64,000 nucleotides of DNA from NCBI GenBank assembly GCA_964016885.1, contig OZ024756.1:40858001-40922000 (forward strand), written 5' to 3'. A program made the translations under genes and the position numbers. Positions 53,221-64,000 of this stretch are shown piece after piece (positions within the stretch are counted from its first letter, which is position 1; the number at the start of each line of letters is the position of its first letter). This DNA comes from Eledone cirrhosa. Its lineage: Eukaryota. Below the pieces are notes generated by a model that made no database searches, was not told the DNA's origin, and saw nothing but the letters and a program-made list of their open reading frames with translations.

Positions 53221-53884
53221 ATTTTTGAGAGAACGCATGTGTATTCAATGATGATGGATGGACGGACAGATGGATGGATGGATATTTTATTTGTAGGCAT
53301 CATGTATTAGATATTTCCTCCAGAATGTATTTATTGTATTACCGATTATCTGAAGAAATAAATATCTGTTTGAATTCATTAGCTGCTACATCCATAGAGT
53401 ATACCAGACTTCCAAACTGCAGCTTACTCTACAATAATTTAATACTCTGGTCAAATTTCTTTACAAGTTGAGGAATTCTTGAAATATATCATGATTCTAT
53501 ATGTTCTATTCCCTGGATATGCCATGTTATTAAGGAAATAAAATGTTACAAGTTTGGGTTTAATATGAAATAGAAATCCTAGAAGAAAGCCAACGCCTGT
53601 TCTTGGGTGGTATACTTTCACATCACTGTCTCACTTTTCGGTGCCTTTTGCAGAGTCCACTCTATTAAATGTATTCAGGCTAAGTAAACCTCTTCTTCTC
53701 ACTAGTCTTACAGTTCTTGAAATAAGGTCATAGGTACTATACTATCTCCTCTGACTAACTCATTTAAAAATGAAGAAAATAATATCTGCAAAAACTTTCT
53801 GTGAAAAACCTAACATCTTAATAAATTAAATCCAATATGATTCTCCCAAAATTACCTGAACAAACCAGAAACCATAGCAAGAGT

Positions 53885-55866
53885 AATTACTTAGAAGGAT
53901 TGGCAGGATTGGTAGAAAGTTATTTATTAGAAAAATTGGCAGTGTTGGTAGAAAGTTATTTATTAGAAGGATTGCCAGTGTTGGTAGAAAGTTATTTAAT
54001 TAGAAGGATTGCCAGTGTTGGTAGAAAGTTATTTAATTAGAAGGATTGGCAGTGTTGGTAGAAAGTTATTTATTAGAAAGATTGGCAGTGTTGGTAAAAA
54101 GTTATTTATTAGAAGGATTGGCAGTGTTGGTAGAAAGTTATTTATTAGAAGGATTGGCAGTGTTGGTAGAAAGTTATTTATTAGAAAGATTGGCAGTGTT
54201 GGTAGAAAGTTATTTATTAGGAGGATTGGCAGTGTTGGTAGAAAGTTATTTATTAGAAAGATTGGCAGGGTTGGTAGAAAGTTATTTATTAGAAAGATTG
54301 GCAGTGTTGGTAGAAAGTTATTTATTAGGAGGATTGGCAGTGTTGGTAGAAAGTTATTTATTAGAAGGATTGGCAGTGTTGGTAGAAAGTCATTTATTAG
54401 AAGGATTGGCAGTGTTGGTAGAAAGTTATTTATTAGGAGGATTGGCAGTGTTGGTAGAAAGTTATTTATTAGAAGGATTGGCAGTGTTGGTAGAAAGTTA
54501 TTTATTAGAAGGATTGGCAGTGTTGGTAGAAAGTTATTTATTAGAAAGATTGGCAGTGTTGGTAGAAAGTTATTTATTAGAAGGATTGGCAGTGTTGGTA
54601 GAAAGTCATTTATTAGAAGGATTGGCAGTGTTGGTAGAAAGTTATTTATTAGGAGGATTGGCAGTGTTGGTAGAAAGTTATTTATTAGAAGGATTGGCAG
54701 TGTTGGTAGAAAGTTATTTATTAGAAAGATTGGCAGGGTTGGTAGAAAGTTATTTATTAGAAAGATTGGCAGTGTTGGTAGAAAGTTATTTATTAGGAGG
54801 ATTGGCAGTGTTGGTAGAAAGTTATTTATTAGAAGGATTGGAAGTGTTGGTAGAAAGTTATTTATTAGAAAGATTGGCAGTGTTGGTAGAAAGTTATTTA
54901 TTAGGAGGATTGGCAGTGTTGGTAGAAAGTTATTTATTAGAAATATTGGCAGTGTTGGTAGAAAGTTATTTATTAGGAGTATTGGCAGTGTTGGTAGAAA
55001 GTTATTTATTAGAAGGATTGGCAGTGTTGGTAGAAAGTTATTTATTAGAAAGATTGGCAGGGTTGGTAGAAAGTTATTTATTAGAAAGATTGGCAGTGTT
55101 GGTAGAAAGTTATTTATTAGGAAGATTGGCAGGATTGGTAGAAAGTTATTTATTAGGAGGATTGGCAGTGTTGGTAGAAAGTTATTTATTAGAAGGATTG
55201 CCAGTGTTGGTAGAAAGTTATTTATTAGAAAGATTGGCAGGGTTGGTAGAAAGTTATTTATTAGGAGGATTGGCAGGGTTGGTAGAAAGTTATTTATTAG
55301 GAGGATTGGCAGGGTTGGTAGAAAGTTATTTATTAGGAGGATTGGCAGGGTTGGTAGAAAGTTATTTATTAGGAGGATTGGCAGTGTTGGTAGAAAGTTA
55401 TTTATTAGAAAGATTGGCAGTGTTGGTAGAAAGTTATTTATTAGGAGGATTGGCAGGGTTGGTAGAAAGTTATTTATTAGAAAGATTGGCAGTGTTGGTA
55501 GAAAGTTATTTATTAGGAGGATTGGCAGGGTTGGTAGAAAGTTATTTATTAGGAGGATTGGCAGGGTTGGTAGAAAGTTATTTATTAGAAAGATTGGCAG
55601 GGTTGGTAGAAAGTTATTTATTAGGAGGATTGGCAGTGTTGGTAGAAAGTTATTTATTAGAAAGATTGGCAGTGTTGGTAGAAAGTTATTTATTAGGAGG
55701 ATTGGCAGTGTTGGTAGAAAGTTATTTATTAGAAAGATTGGCAGTGTTGGTAGAAAGTTATTTATTAGAAAGATTGGCAGTGTTGGTAGAAAGTTATTTA
55801 TTAGGAGGATTGGCAGTGTTGGTAGAAAGTTATTTATTAGAAGGATTGGCAGTGTTGGTAGAAAGT
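53885..55866. repeat. Minisatellite, 36-bp unit, about 55 copies, apparently amplified from a SINE 5' end
   Basis: Unit ttatttattagaaggattggcagtgttggtagaaag; 12-aa periodicity; the last unit runs directly into a SINE body. Confidence 0.97.
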
Positions 55867-56055
55867 CAGATAACATGTTTGGTAGTATTTAAGTTATGAC
55901 TTTCTATGTTCTGAGTTCAAATCCTGCTGAGGTTAACTTTGCCTTTCATCCTTCTCTGATCGATAAAATAAAGTACTTGTTAAGTACTAGGGTTGATATA
56001 ATTGAATTTCTCCTTCCCCCAAATTGCTGGCCTTGTGCCAATATTAGAAAGAATT
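55843..56055 (+). mobile_element. tRNA-derived SINE whose head is the last satellite unit
   Basis: ggattggcagtgttggtagaaagtcagataacatg...ctgagttcaaatcc...ctttgcctttcatcc...aattgctggccttgtgcc. Confidence 0.85.
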
Positions 56056-57123
56056 ATTTAAACTTTATTGCAAAACAAGTAGGTCAATGGAATTTGCAAG
56101 ACATTCTGAAGTTTCATTAAACATTTTTCCTTAAATTAAATTTGAAACTTGATTCTAAACACATTGCAGCAATTTCCTCAACCAAAAACATTTTCCTTTT
56201 AATTTATATATAAATTATCATTGGATACTTGCAGTTGGAATACAATTTTGTACAACAACAAATCAAGTCAGAAAGAAAGAAACCACTTGAATAACAACTA
56301 AAATATCATCTGGCTTGTATGTAAATTTGTTTTGGGACGGTAAATACCTTAAATTTACCCTAAATTTGATAGGAGGAACGAAATATTTACATACTTCTTA
56401 TGGATATATATTTCAAATATTTTCAAAATGCTACCCTTCTCATTTACCCTAAATTTGATAGGGGGAACAAAAGTTTGACATAATTTTTATGGATGTATTT
56501 CAAATACATTCAAAATGCTCTACCACTCTGAAGTGTATGAGTTTTAATTGAAAACTATGCACAATTTAAAAATTACAGTAAAATTAGAAAATGTTAACTT
56601 GCTATACAAACTAAATGAAACAAAGCATCATTTGTTTTTTAGTTTCATTTCTAAAATATTTCACACTGTGCAATGAAATTATATACTATTAAGATTTCAA
56701 CATTTCAATTACTTGTTCTAAAACTTTAAGCTTTATAATTCCAGTGCAATGCTTGTTTGCACAGTAATTGATTTTTAAATAAGATTCATAAAATAAATTC
56801 AAACCATTATACATGTGCATAATTTTCAATTAGAATTAATATGTTTGAGGGTAGTCTAAGATTTGGGATGCATTCAAACTATATCTGCTAGAATTATGCA
56901 AACATTTCAGTTTTGTCTCCTATCAATATTTTACAATCTTCCATTATTTATAGAAATCATTGATTCAATATTGAGTCACTACTATTTAGCTATTATAAAA
57001 AAAATTTTTTTTAAAGAACCTGAATAATACTTATGCAATAAAAAGCAGAAAACTGTGCTTTCCATTTAAACATTTATTTAATTCCTCATCTTCACTGAGG
57101 CTCTTTCATTAATCATTTACCAA

Positions 57124-57590
57124 TCTAAACTATAATAAAGTAAGGAGTGCGGGACTGTGTACAGTTTATCATTTTTTACCCCTTTAGTAAAATAAGTTGG
57201 ATTACTTTCAATAAATAATGAATGAATATTACATAATTTATCTACTAAATTTCGTAGTTGTTGATTAAATATATTTTATTGTTTATTTAAAGATTCACTT
57301 TTTTTTAATTTTCAAATGTCAACACTTCTGGTTAGCGATCACTTAAATAAACATTCATATATTTCCATCACTAATGTTCTCCTAATGCAGTTTATATATA
57401 ATATTGTCTTTTTTTAATGTATCATGAATTACTGATTACATAACGCAGTCTTCATTCAATTTATGTGTATATTGTCAATTACGATTTTATTTGATGTATC
57501 ATATCTACATACATATATACTTGCGTATAATATCAATATACACACTACACAGGCTAGCAGAAAACCACCCAAGGGGTGGGGTTCTGCTAG
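57124..57590 (+). mobile_element. Non-autonomous Helitron (about 467 bp)
   Basis: 5' end A|TCTAAACTATAATAAAG; GC-rich subterminal hairpin ccaccc-aag-gggtgg; 3' end CTAG|T; no target-site duplication. Confidence 0.7.
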
Positions 57591-57716
57591 TACTCTTTAA
57601 TTACTTAGATTCACTCTTACTCATTTATTCCTTAGGATGTATTTAATAATATATGACCAGTAATAATCTAAACTCTTCACATATTTGATTATCTTTCTTA
57701 TGTAGTTGTTTATGGA

Positions 57717-58385
57717 TTACTCAGGTGCAGTGTCAGTGGTCTCAGGTGCAGTGTTAGTGGTTTCAGGTGCAGTGTCAGTGGTTTCAGGTGCAGTGTCAGT
57801 GGTTTCAGGTGCAGTGTTAATGGTTTCAGGTGCAGTGTCAGTGGTTTCAGGTGCATCATTAATGGCTTCAAGTGCAATTTTAATGGTTTCATGTGCAATG
57901 TCGCTGGCTTCACGTTCAATCTCAAACTTTTCAATTGCAGTATTAATGGTTTCACGTGTAATGTCACTGGCTTCACGTTCAATCTCAAAGTCTTCACGTG
58001 CAGCATCAGTGGTTTCTGGTGCATCCTCAGTGGCTTCTGGTGCATCCTCAATGGTTTCTGGTGCATCCTCAGTGGCTTCTGGTGCATCCTCACTGGTTTC
58101 AGGTGCAGCATCAGTGGCTTCTGGTGCATCCTCAGTGGTTTCAGGTGCAGCATCAGTGGCTTCTGGTGCATCCTCACTGGTTTCAGGTGCAGCATCAGTG
58201 GCTTCTGGTGCATCCTCAGTGGTTTCAGGTGCAGCATCAGTGGCTTCTGGTGCATCCTCAGTGGTTTCAGGTGCAGCATCAGTGGCTTCTGGTGCATCCT
58301 CAGTGGTTTCAGGTGCAGCATCAGTGGCTTCTGGTGCAGGTTCAGGTTCAGTAAAGAACAAGGGCCTCTCTTTAGACATTCTATG
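57717..58385 (-). CDS. Probable terminal exon encoding an acidic APE(A/T)T(D/E)(A/D) 7-aa repeat (disordered region)
   Basis: Branch point and acceptor tactgacattgattgttgcag|CATAGAATG (phase 0); unique N-terminal HRMSKERPLFFTEPEP; frame is kept through diverged 21-nt and 63-nt repeats; TAA follows the last unit. Confidence 0.6.
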   Translation of the reverse strand, partial: HRMSKERPLFFTEPEPAPEATDAAPETTEDAPEATDAAPETTEDAPEATDAAPETTEDAPEATDAAPETSEDAPEATDAAPETTEDAPEATDAAPETSEDAPEATEDAPETIEDAPEATEDAPETTDAAREDFEIEREASDITRETINTAIEKFEIEREASDIAHETIKIALEAINDAPETTDTAPETINTAPETTDTAPETTDTAPETTNTAPETTDTAPE

Positions 58386-58699
58386 CTGCAACAATCAATG
58401 TCAGTAGAATGAAAGATTTAGTCTGAAGAAATTGTTGAGATTGTTGAGCAAAGAGACATGGAGAGGTGGTGTGTGCAAGAGGAACGATGATCAGATGCTT
58501 CAGTTAGAGATGTAGAGAGGTAGTGTGTGTTTAAGAGGAACAATGATAAGGTGTCTCAGCCAGAGAGACATGAAACTGACAAGCCATATGATCACCTAGC
58601 AACCAAACAGGTGCAAAGTAAACAATGACAATGAGTACAGCAACTAATTTAATGTGTAGGTAGGAGTACAGAAAGGCTCTGTTCTTAGCTCCCTCTAGA

Positions 58700-59640
58700 A
58701 TTTTATAGTCCTCCAGGCTATAAAAGAGGAATTCAAGACTGGCTTTACATGGGAACTCCTATACATGGATGGTTTAGCTTGGGTAGCTGAAGAATTAGAG
58801 AAGTTCCAGAAACGGAAGCAAAATCTGGAATCAAAAAGCCTCAAAGAAAACCTAACAAAGTTTTAGTAAGTAGGAAAGGGATGAGGACTCTGTTACTATC
58901 AAGAAAATGGCCATGCTTCATATGTAGAAAAAGAAGTAGGTGGAAACTCCATATATATATATATATGTATAAAGTACATGCAATGGATGTACTAAGTGGA
59001 ATGGAATCATAGGTAGACTAACAGACAGAACACTTCAGAAGTGATGAGTGCACAGAAGTAGTCAATAGTTAGGTTCCTCATGAAATAAATGGTCAGAAGA
59101 TTCACTGGAAGTTGTAGATAACTTTTGTTATACAGATGACCTTATTAACAGTGGATGCAGTGAAAGTGTTGTAGCTAGAGTTAGAAAACGGTGAAATAAG
59201 TTGAAGGAATTGTTACCTCTGCTGGCAACAAAGGGCTTCTCTCATAGCTAAGGGTAGATGTGTAATGCTTATATTCAAACTGTTGTTTTAAATGCAGAAG
59301 ATTTGTGTTGACTGGAAAGAAATGAAGCATTCATACTCTGCTGGGTTTGCAAAGTTAAGTGTTCATTAATGATGAAACACAAGTGAGTTAAAAGAAAAGC
59401 TGATTATAAGAGGTATCAGATGTAATATAGAAGACATCTAATGTGTATGGAGAATGACAGCTGTATATAGAAATACTGAGCACTTGAAATAGATAGAAAC
59501 TGTGGAAGAATGAGACTAAGAAAGTTATGGGATGAAGTGATGAAGACTGAGCTCATGGAGAAGATACAAAACTGTGATAACTGGTGACTGGCTGTGTTGG
59601 AGAAGACCCAGCCACCAGTACAGTAACATGATGTAAAATT
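58700..59640 (+). mobile_element. Decayed RTE LINE (from the RT YADD region to the 3' end)
   Basis: EEFKTG.TWELLY.D.L remnant; LEVVDNFCY; colinear with the 61180 copy (ggaaagaaatgaagca, gctcatggagaagat); many stops. Confidence 0.8.
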
Positions 59641-60962
59641 ATGAGTGGTGGTGACAGTGATGGAAACTAGGATTTACCCACAGCTCTCTCTCTTCGGTGA
59701 CCCTATGCTGATTAACAGATGTGGCAAGGCATCTGGTTGGCTCATATCTCACTCCTTCACCATCTTCCATTATTTACCATCACCACTATTATTTCTATCA
59801 CTTCCATTAACACTACCACTCTCTCCATCCAACCCTGTCATCTCTTCTTACACTGACATTTGATCTGATCATATTTACAGCACTTTTCTCCCTCATAAGC
59901 CCCCCCCCCCATTAACATAACCTGCCCACCTTTACCATCACCCATCTCTCATGATATCCATCACTTGCACCCATATTCAATGCCACTCTCTCTCTCTCTC
60001 TTTGCCTGTGACATCTATCAGCCCCTCTCCCCTCTGGTACCCATCACTCTCACTCACCCTCCTATTAAATCATCACTATTTTCCACTTCACATTCAAATC
60101 ATACTCTCTTCTCTTTCAATTTTTAATCCCCTCCCCCTCCTAATTCTGTTTGCTTTGAAAGAATGGAGACTGGGCTGGTTTTCTTAGTCTTGAAAGAACA
60201 TGACAATTTCTTTAATGTTGGTGTCATGATAGAATAGACCCAGTACACTCTGTAAAGTGGTAGACCAATGAATGCAGACTATACAATCTTGATAAGAACA
60301 TGACATTAGAGAGTGTACTGGGTGCATTTTATCATAGCACCAACATCTTATTGTGACATACCAAACTGAACACTCAAGTGTCTCATCCAGTTATACTACG
60401 CAGTTTGTGTATGTTAGCTAGATTCCTACACACACACACATTTTGTTTATAGCCTTGAGCCTCACTTTTTCTTCTAGATTTCTGTTTTTAGCTGTGTACA
60501 TATTTTATTTTGCCATGTTCTACATTCATTCTCATGCAAGCTTAGCAAGTTTCATAGTTCATTGGAGATCTGATACCAACAACAGTTAAATGTAGAAATT
60601 TTTCTTTCATGTAATATATAAGAATCAGGAATAAAAAAAAAAATATTTTTATATGTTTAAAGTCAGTTTTAAATAATTAGCTACATTCTAATTTACCAAA
60701 ATCTTGACAATTATATTGATGTCAGAATCTTTGTTGAAGCTATTATAAAGAGATGAGTTGACATTCAATAGTGAATCAATAGGACAAATAAAGTGAAGTC
60801 TGAGACAGTGATTGAGGAGGTATTGGAATCAAAGGAAGAGAGAAAAGCTGAGACATTATCTACTGGCTCTAATTGAAGTAAGGCTTCAAAATATGAAAGA
60901 CACGTACTTAGTATGTTGGAAAGTTTGTACTATATATATATATATATATATGTATATACATA

Positions 60963-61159
60963 TCAGTCCCGGGTTCAATCAGGGGTAACCATTGGAAGTA
61001 AGGTACTCAATACATTAGTAGAGTGTAAACAACAAATTTAATATAGAAATGGCTTCTACAGGACCAGAACTGTTTCATTCAAAGGAAATCATCAGGGCTT
61101 TCCTGATGATTTCCTTTGATTGAAACAGTCCTAGCCCTGAAGAAGCCATTTCTATATTA
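60963..61159. mobile_element. Penelope-like terminal fragment with a 58-bp fold-back and two HHR-like cores
   Basis: Arms 61039-61096 and 61102-61159 with spacer gcttt; CTGATGA...GAAAC on each strand. Confidence 0.6.
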
Positions 61160-61179
61160 GTTTTATATACAAATGCAGG

Positions 61180-61818
61180 TAGGTTCTATAGAAGTGGTTG
61201 ATAGCTTCCGGTACCTAAGTGATCAGATTAGCATGGGAGGGGGGGGCGTGTTCCGAGGCCATAGTATCTAGAATAAGGACGGGTTGGTAGAAGTTTAGGG
61301 AGCTGCTTCCTCTGCTGACAAACAAGGGTTTCTCCCTGCGTATGAAAGGCCGGTTATATGATTCCTGTGTGAGATGTGCGATGCTGCATGGTAGTGAGAC
61401 ATGGGCAGCAACTGCAGAGGATATGCGACGGTTGGAGAGAAATGAGGCAAGCATGCTCCGTTGGATGTGCAATGTCAATGTGTGTGAACGACCAAGCATG
61501 GATGTGTTGAGAGAGAAACTGTGTCTCAGAGGGATAAGATGTAGTGTGCGGGAGAGAAGACTGCGTTGGTATGGACATGTGATTCGCATGGAGGATGACT
61601 GCTGGGTGAAGAAGTGCCAAGAAATCCCAGTAGAAGGTAGATGCAGTAGAGAAAGACCACGAAAAACATGGGCGGAGGTGGTGAGAGCAGACCTCAGACC
61701 GCTGAAGCTCATGGAGGAGATGACGAGGGACCGTGACAAGTGGAGAGATGCTGTGCTGAATAGGACCCGTCCCACCCTTGCAAGCAGGGAAAGGCGGACG
61801 TCAGATGATGATGATGAT
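61180..61818 (+). mobile_element. 5'-truncated RTE-clade LINE, relatively young
   Basis: IEVVDSFRYL...SRIRTGW*KFRELLPLL...KGRLYDSCVRCAMLHGSETW...RLRWYGHVIRM...RPRKTW; (GAT)n tail; one in-frame stop near 61288. Confidence 0.92.
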
Positions 61819-62578
61819 ATATATATACCCTCCCAAAGTATAACAATATATATATAGACATACATATATATAAAATAGGGATGTACAAATAAAACTGTCT
61901 CTCTTATTTATTTTAATAAAACTCTGGATGAACAAAAACAGTGGAGTGCTTCACATCTGTTAAAGAATAAGTGGGCAGATTTTTAATCAACCATTTTTCT
62001 TCAATTGAATAAATAGAGGGTCGTAACTAAATGCCACAAAGCATTTTATCTGACTCTCTAACAACTCTGCCAATTCAGCACCATTTTTTTTTTTTTTGAG
62101 CAATGTAAAATAAAGTGAAATAAAGTTCAAGAACAAAACACACTAATCAATCAAAGAATGGAACCTTCAGCCTTGTAGTTGCAAATCCATCACTGTAACA
62201 AGCTGTGATGACTACACAATAATAGTATCAGAATAATAATAACAGCAGCAGCAATAGTAACAAAACCACCTACTTTGAAAATAAATAGCAACTACAACAA
62301 TTTAACCATTTTGCTATAAATATAAGGCCATAGAAACTGAGTGAGCAATGTTAATGACTGACATCCCTGCAGGGCAGATTCTGTAATTGCCTTTTATGTA
62401 GAGAGTGTTCTTGTCAATAGAGAACAGAAGGTAGTTTTCCAATACTTTACTATGGTGACAGATAAATACAGTTCTAAACCAGTGAATACACAAGAGTGAA
62501 AGGAAGAAGAGAGTTGGTCAGAGAAACAGTTAATAAGAAAATTGTTTGTTCATGAAATAAGCAATCATTATTAATGCT

Positions 62579-62770
62579 GGGCGGTGGATTGGCAGTATCA
62601 GTAGAGAGTCGGACGCCATGCTTTCCAGCATAGTTACGTCCCTTTACGGTCTGAGTTCAAATCCCACCGAGGTCAACTTTGCCTTTCATCCTTACGGGGT
62701 TGATAAAATAAAGTACCAGTAATACACTGGGATAATTGCTGGCCTTGTGCCAAAAGTAGAAACAGTTATT
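62579..62770 (+). mobile_element. Full-length tRNA-derived SINE (young subfamily)
   Basis: Close match to 5117-5308. Confidence 0.9.
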
Positions 62771-62819
62771 ACTGCTGTAGTCTACTAATGCTTTGCTATA
62801 TTTATTCCAACTTTTTACT

Positions 62820-62970
62820 TTCTGAGCTCAAATCCCATAGATGTCAACTTTGCCTTTCCTCATTCTGGGGTCAATAAAATAAAGTACCAGTCAAGCACTG
62901 GTGGTCAATATAATTGACTTTCCCCTCCTCATAAATTGCAGGCCTTCTGCCTAAATTAGAAATCATTATT
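62820..62970 (+). mobile_element. Older 5'-truncated SINE of the same superfamily
   Basis: ctgagctcaaatccc...ctttgcctttcc...ggggtcaataaaataaagtaccagtcaagcactgg. Confidence 0.8.
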
Positions 62971-63403
62971 AAAGTTGTAGTCACTGATAGCTTTGCCCAC
63001 TGGCAGTCATATTCTATGGGTTGGACAGATCTGCAATATTACCTCTTCTATTCTATCCTGCTGTGGTGGTCTGTAGTTCCCACCACAACTCTCAATTTCT
63101 TTCCTTCTTGGGGGTTCATGAATCTCTAAGGAACAGGGATAATGATGATCATGTGATTGCGATATTGATGGCCAAATGTCTAACAAAATATATCATCCAT
63201 ATGTTTCAATAAATTTTTTAAATAATCAAAATTTGGAGGGATTTAGTAAAATAACTAATTTCTCCATTATCAACCCTGTGTTTACCCTCCACCTGGGCTC
63301 CTGGGCAAAATAATAAATAGTTGCATAAACAGTTCAAAAGTAATGATTGCAAATAAACTAATGGGCAGAATCAACACAAGGTGCAGTAAATGTGTTTACT
63401 CAC

Positions 63404-63536
63404 CCTTCATCTAGATTTACATAATGCCCATCATCCCTATCAGTATCAGCTGTGCAGGGGTCATGCCAAATTTGGTTATTTGAATTGCTACTTCCTCAAC
63501 ACTTTTACCAGTTTCATTGACCAAATCACACTCTGT
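63404..63536 (-). other. Candidate 133-nt exon; coding status unclear
   Basis: tttagctttatgcag|ACAGAG...GATGAAGG|gtgagt has a consensus donor, but every frame contains a stop (frame 0 stops 13 nt before the donor). Confidence 0.35.
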
Positions 63537-64000
63537 CTGCATAAAGCTAAACTTGTTGAAATTCTTGCACACTCTCATCCACAGAATAAATATCAATAAT
63601 TTCCTCAACTGTAAAGACTTTAGATCTTGCTCAGTTATCAAATCAAGTTTTGAGTTCATCACACGCTCGTTTCATTGCAAAAAAAAAAAGACTTTTTTTT
63701 TTTAAATTAAAAACAAAAGTAAACAACAGCTACAGGGGACACCATTAACAATAAGTCATAAACACATGTAACTACAAAGCTGCAGCATGATCGCTTGTAT
63801 TTTTTTAGTATTTTATCTTCCTTTTCTGTGTGTTGTTCATTACCTTTTTAACAGGAACTTGGTAGAGAGATTACATTTAGGCTATTACCGCTATAGTGGG
63901 AATATGGTGCAACAGACTGCACAGGTAGAGACATGTAATTCATATTATGGCTGATTGTTGAGTGAAAAAGTATCAAGAGTTCTAAAGGGAAGGAAAATGT

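Overview
AT-rich, repeat-dense animal genomic DNA; the SINE, LINE and microsatellite content suggests an octopus or other coleoid cephalopod (inference, not verified). Most of the window is intronic or intergenic. A sparse minus-strand locus encodes neuromodulin/Sp17-type calmodulin-binding IQ motifs. It has clear exons at 33608-33685 (below the ORF-track length cutoff) and 8973-9461, plus several candidate micro-exons; an acidic APE-repeat exon at 57717-58385 may or may not belong to it. The rest comprises about 10 minisatellite arrays (the source of nearly all long ORFs, which are artefacts), many tRNA-derived SINEs, RTE and Tx1/L1 LINE fragments, a probable solo LTR, a non-autonomous Helitron and a tiny Tc1/mariner-type MITE. 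The main hidden signal is a set of type I hammerhead ribozyme (HHR) motifs from several unrelated small non-coding element families. Two sit in 319-bp and 379-bp units with terminal direct repeats (retrozyme-like). Three have an ATGCAAAT octamer about 90-120 nt upstream of the catalytic core. Two lie in fold-back inverted repeats, including a perfect 374-bp spacerless palindrome. All calls were made by eye; repeat boundaries are approximate.
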